NCBI GenBank assembly: GCA_043228905.1
Contig: JBHGNT010001009.1
Coordinates: 1 to 12,962 of the forward strand
Direction: 5' to 3'
From: Azolla caroliniana
Lineage: Eukaryota > Plantae > Polypodiophyta
Length of the DNA: 12,962 nucleotides
This document shows, one piece after another, positions 8,664-12,962 of this stretch. Position numbers and translations under genes: made by a program. The notes below the pieces were generated by a model. That model was not told the origin of the DNA. It saw nothing but the letters and a program-made list of their open reading frames with translations, and made no database searches. Positions within the stretch are counted from its first letter, which is position 1. Each line of letters begins with the position of its first letter.

Positions 8664-9849
8664 AGATTGTGACATGGAACGTGCAAGGGCTCAAGAGTTG
8701 ACTAGACCAACAAAACAGATGGAAACTAAGAAGAGATCTTGAGGAATAATATTAGGGGGTGTTGTTGACATCATCATGTTGCAGGAACACCACCTTGATA
8801 GTACTTGTTTAAAGGAAGTCGGATATCTTTTACCAAGATCATGGCAAACAATTTGGGAGCCAGCAATAGGGTAGGATGGAAATCATGGTGGTATTGGCAC
8901 TTTGATTCGGGAACATCTAGCCCAAGGTTTAATACACCATGAATCACTAATACCTAGAAGGGCACATTTTTGCACATTGGCCATCCAAGGGCAACGTTGG
9001 AATTTCATGAATGTTTATGCTCCAAATAGCAGCACAGAACAGGCAACATTCTGGGAACGCATTCACCAACAAATAGCGGGTGTGGAGGAGTGGTGCATTG
9101 GAGGGGATTTTAATATGATTGAATCCATCCATGATAGCGCTAACAACAATCCCAGAGTCCTACAAGGAAGGGAACGTAAACAATGGGAAAAGTTATGTGG
9201 ACACCTTAACTTGCGAGATATATGGTATTCCGACAACTTCCAACGAAAAAGGGACTCTCTCTTATTCTCCTGATTAGATGGGCGAAATAATAGACCCACT
9301 CTATCTCACATAGATCGTCTTTATGTAAGTGAGGCCCTAGAAGCGAAGGGAGGGTGGTGTCGCATAACTCCAGGCACGACTTTCTCCGACCATTACCCGG
9401 TAATCGGTCACTTTCACTTGCACCGAAAGTGGGGCTCATTCCAACCTCGAATCCCACACACTATGTACACAGTTATAGAGGTGAAGGAACAACTCGCCAG
9501 CCAATGGTCACTACTCGTCAATGCCTCATTAGCATCTAACAAACTTCTAGCTAAATTATCAAGAGCTTCAACTCTACTACACGAGATTGTCAAGACCAGA
9601 AGTAAGGATGCTCGGGAAAAGCGATAGAGGACAAAACGGGGACTAATAGCCTTACAACGACTCCAACAACGATATCTAACATGTAGTTGGATCGCGGGAC
9701 AAGTTACCATGGCCAAACATGAACTGATCATGGCAGAAAAGCCAATCTATTACATGGAGTTTCATGGAAGCATGGCTCGATGGATTCGAGTAGGGGACAA
9801 AACCACGATGGAATTCTTCCGATCCAAGGGACCAAGACACGCTAGAATA
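8660..9849 (+). pseudogene. LINE ORF2 N-terminus: APE endonuclease and linker, with stops and a frameshift; RT not reached
   Basis: MKIVTWNVQGL, DIIMLQEH, NVYAPN, WCIGGDFN, SHIDRLYV, FSDHYPV, WIRVGDKTTMEFF; the start overlaps the ORF1 stop (ATGA 8660-8663). Confidence 0.93.
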
Positions 9850-10324
9850 TGTGAAGAATAGCGCGGAATATTGCGCGGCCACAACCGAGCCTTGAATCAC
9901 AGAAATGGGAAGTAGAGAGTACACCGAATATTTACGTGGAAAACCCTAATAGGGTAAAAAACCACGGGAGCCCACAGACTCCAAACTATCACTATATGAG
10001 AAAGGTACACTCAGAGACTCGGAGGCGACGACCTCAAGCTCTGTTTCTTCGCCGAGCGACGGTTACAACAAAGTATCGATCTGTGTCTCTTTCTCTCTCT
10101 CTCTATAGAACAGTTATACACATACAAAATATGACAACAACTACCAACACATAGAGTGATTGCCCTAAGTCATATTTATACTTATATGAACTTAGGGCTA
10201 TTTACAAATATAGCCTCAATAGGCTTACTCAAAACATATTTACAAGTATGTCTTCTCTTCCAGTTCTCACCGGGTCCTCTTCATTCATAATCGGATCCCA
10301 TCCGGAGGGACCAATTTCCCAACA
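9850..10324 (-). repeat. 3' LTR of copia B (475 bp)
   Basis: TGTTGGG...CACA on minus, preceded by PPT GGAGTGAAGGGGGAGAT; about 22 substitutions and 2 small indels versus 12348-12821 (manual count). Confidence 0.96.
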
Positions 10325-10343
10325 ATCTCCCCCTTCACTCCGG

Positions 10344-12318
10344 CATGCACGTAAGCGAGACATCCGAACACCTTTAGATGCCGATAGGATACGTCCTTAC
10401 CGCTCCACACTCTTTGCGGTGTGTCTCCGTCCAAGGGTTCTAAGGGTGATCTGTTTATCACGTAAGTCACCGTCGTGAACGCCTCAGCCCAAAACGTCTT
10501 GGGTAACTTGGCATGTGCTAGCATGTTGCGGACTCTCTCCATTATGGTCTGGTTCATCCGTTCAGCTAGCTCGTTCAGTTCTGATGTCTTCGGCATGGTA
10601 AATTCGAGCCGGATTCCCTTCAACCGGCAGTACTCCTTGAACTGCCCTCGGTATTCTCCGTTATCTATTCAAACCGCCTTCAGCTTCCGACCGGTTTCTC
10701 TTTCCACTCTCGCGTGGAGTTCCTTGAAGACGGATAACACTTGATCCTTTGTCTTCAATGGTGAGACCCAAAGTTTCCAGTTGTGGTCATCTATGAACGT
10801 CACGAAGTACTACGCTCCGGCATGTGACTTCGTGTCCACTTGACACACATCGGTATGCACCAGGTCTAGTGGTGCATTCCGTCTCATCGGTGGTCTTGAC
10901 CGGAAGGAGGTTCGGTTTTGCTTGCCAGCATGACAATCGGTGCACTTCTCAAGTTGCACGTCCTTCACCGGAATGAGATTGTCTTTGGCAAGTCTTCTCA
11001 TCCCCTTCTGGCTCATGTGACACCTTGTGCCACAGCTCACCGGCAGTGTCGGATGCTACGTTCACGTCTTCCCATCATATCCGGGCATTCATCATGTACA
11101 TGGTGTTGACCTTCCTAGCACAAACCACTATTAGGCTCCCTTTGCAGAACTTCATGACTCCGTTCCGGATGCTACCTGTGTAGCCTTCATCATCTAGCCG
11201 ACCGGCTGATATCAGGTTCAATCGAACCTCCGGAACGTGTTGGACATCCTTCAGCGGCAACTTGCATCCGGTTGATGTCATCAACAACGCATCTCCTATG
11301 CCGATAATTCGGCATGTACCTTCATTCCCCATGCGGACACAACCATGATCACCGGTTGTGTAGGATGAGAAGCATTTCCGATCCGGTGTCAGGTGGAACG
11401 ACGCTCCGGAATCGACAACCCACATTGTCTCATCGCCGACAAGGTTTAACTCATTCTCTTCAGTAATGAGCATCAGTTCTTCTTCACTTGTCACGATTGC
11501 CGACGTTCCCTTCCGATCCGGGCCTCTCCGGTCTTAACCATTTCGGTCCGAACTCTTCTTCGAATCGGTACTGCCGGTTTCTTTCTCTTTCCGGAAATGC
11601 CAACAGTTCTTCTAGAAGTGCCCCGGCTTCCCACAGTAGAAGCAAGTAGGCCTCATCCTTGACTTTGACCTCGTCCCCAATTTGTCTCGGTTTTGGGGAC
11701 TCCGATACCGGCCTCTTCCCCGGTTGTGGTCATCTTTCGTGACCAAGGCCTTCGGATTGGTTCCGGACTCCCGGTCCTTCCGGCGGGCTTCTTCATCTAG
11801 CAAGCTTGACTTGACTCTTGCTAGGGACAATTGTTTTCCTTCCGGCCCGGCGTTGCCCAACATGACAACTAGCGTCTCCCAACTATCCGGGAGGGAACCG
11901 AGTAGGAGTAATGCGAGTACCTCATCGGCAAGAGGTACTTCCAACGAGGTTGCCTGGTGGATCAGTCCCTGGAAGGCATTCATGTGCTCCGCCATACTGG
12001 AGCCGTCCTGGTACCGGAGCCTCGCTAGCTTCTAGAATACCGAAACCCGATTAACGGCATTCTTTCCCGGAGTTCATGAGCCTTGCTCTCTTCATTGAAG
12101 TTGTTGTACAAGCTCATGTCGATGAAGCACCGGATGTATGCCGTCGTCTTCATGTGCATCACCTCTCACACTATGGCGTCGATCTTATGCGATCTCTTGT
12201 CCCCAAACTGAACCGGCAACCAAAGATCTTTAACCACTAGCATATCCCTCATCTTTGACTTCCACACTGAGTAGTTGGAGCCGATGAGCTTGAACATGCC
12301 GCCGAACAATTCTTCCAT
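10344..12318 (-). pseudogene. gag-pol: Copia B polyprotein: Gag, zinc knuckle, protease, integrase core; multiple stops and frameshifts
   Basis: MEELFGGMFKLIGSNYSVWKSKMRDML; LLLLGSLPDSWE; CFYCGKPGHF*KNC; WVVDSGASFHLT; LDLVHTDVC; IDNG; LAERMNQT; FWAEA; HLKVFGCLAYVH. Confidence 0.93.
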
Positions 12319-12332
12319 TTCCTATGTTGTTC

Positions 12333-12344
12333 GCTCTGATACTA
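12333..12344 (-). promoter_or_regulatory. Met-tRNA PBS of copia B, one mismatch
   Basis: TAGTATCAGAGC versus consensus TGGTATCAGAGC, 3 nt from the LTR end. Confidence 0.88.
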
Positions 12345-12347
12345 GAT

Positions 12348-12821
12348 TGTGAAGAATAGCACGGAATATTGCTCGGCCACAACCGAGCCTTGAATCACAG
12401 AAATGGGAAGTAGAGAGTACACAGAATATTTACGTGGAAAACCCTAATAGGGTAAAAAACCACAAGAGCCCACAGACTCCAAACTATCACTATATGAGAA
12501 AGGTACACTCAAAGACTCGGAGGCAACGACCTCGAGCTCTGTTTCTTCGTCGAGCGGCGGTTACAACAAAGTATCGCTCTGTGTCTCTTTCTCTCTCTCT
12601 CTCTATAGAGCAGTTATACACCTACAAAATATGACAACTACCAACATATAGAGTGATTGACCTAAGTCATATTTATACTTATATGAACTTAGGGCTATTT
12701 ACAAATATAGCCTCAATAGGCTTACTCAAAACATATCTACAAGTATGTCTTCTCTTCGGGTTCTCACCGGTTCCTCTTCATTCATAACCGGATCCCATTC
12801 GGAGGGACCGATTTCCCAACA
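12348..12821 (-). repeat. Shared LTR (474 bp): 5' LTR of unit B and 3' LTR of the next unit
   Basis: PBS on its left, PPT (12822-12838) on its right. Confidence 0.94.
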
Positions 12822-12831
12822 GTCTCCCCCT

Positions 12832-12962
12832 TCACTCCAGCATGGGATGTCTTGCAAGCCCGATCCGCTTTCAGCACACGTCCAACTTGTCGGTTGTCAA
12901 CACCTTGGTCAGCATATCCGACATGTTCTCCTCCGTGTGGATCTTCGTCAACGCGAAGTCTT
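12832..12962 (-). pseudogene. pol: Copia RNase H C-terminus of a second tandem unit
   Basis: DFALTKIHTEENMSDMLTKVLTTDKLDVC*KRIGL..PMLE*, matching the copia RNase H N.ADxLTK motif and running into the PPT. Confidence 0.9.

Larger units (their letters stand above)
7095..9849 (+). mobile_element. L1-clade LINE fragment, bounded by the gypsy LTR (left) and copia B LTR (right)
   Basis: ORF1 with DUF4283-like region and CCHC knuckle, followed by APE-endonuclease ORF2. Confidence 0.92.
9850..12821 (-). mobile_element. Ty1/copia element B (Tnt1-like), two LTRs, internally deleted (no RT/RNase H)
   Basis: LTRs 9850-10324 and 12348-12821, PBS 12333-12344, PPT 10325-10341, gag-protease-integrase order. 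Confidence 0.95.

Overview
Eukaryotic, plant-type heterochromatin-like DNA: a pile of nested, decayed retroelements. The element types and C>T decay suggest an early land plant such as a moss, but this is inference. Left to right: (1) 5' end of a minus-strand Ty1/copia element (gag, Met-tRNA PBS, LTR 871-1275), inserted into (2) a spliced, at least 5-exon plus-strand gene (1276-3314). The ORF track shows it only as fragments. Spliced, it encodes a bacterial-type beta-class DNA amino-methyltransferase (DIPY ... PYQKP ... LDLFSGTG) with a long N-terminal region and an acidic tail; this is the main find. (3) A small non-coding TRIM-like LTR element (3697-4816) with a 54-bp hairpin array, interrupted by a gypsy solo LTR with a TTATT TSD. 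(4) A truncated minus-strand Ty3/gypsy element (4815-7094) with a Tf1-like self-priming signature and a -1 frameshift cassette. (5) An L1-clade LINE (ORF1 plus APE endonuclease, 7095-9849) cut at both ends by LTR elements. (6) A tandem Ty1/copia array (9850 to window end) whose middle LTR is shared, with one unit lacking RT/RNase H. All translations and alignments were done by eye; no database searches were run.
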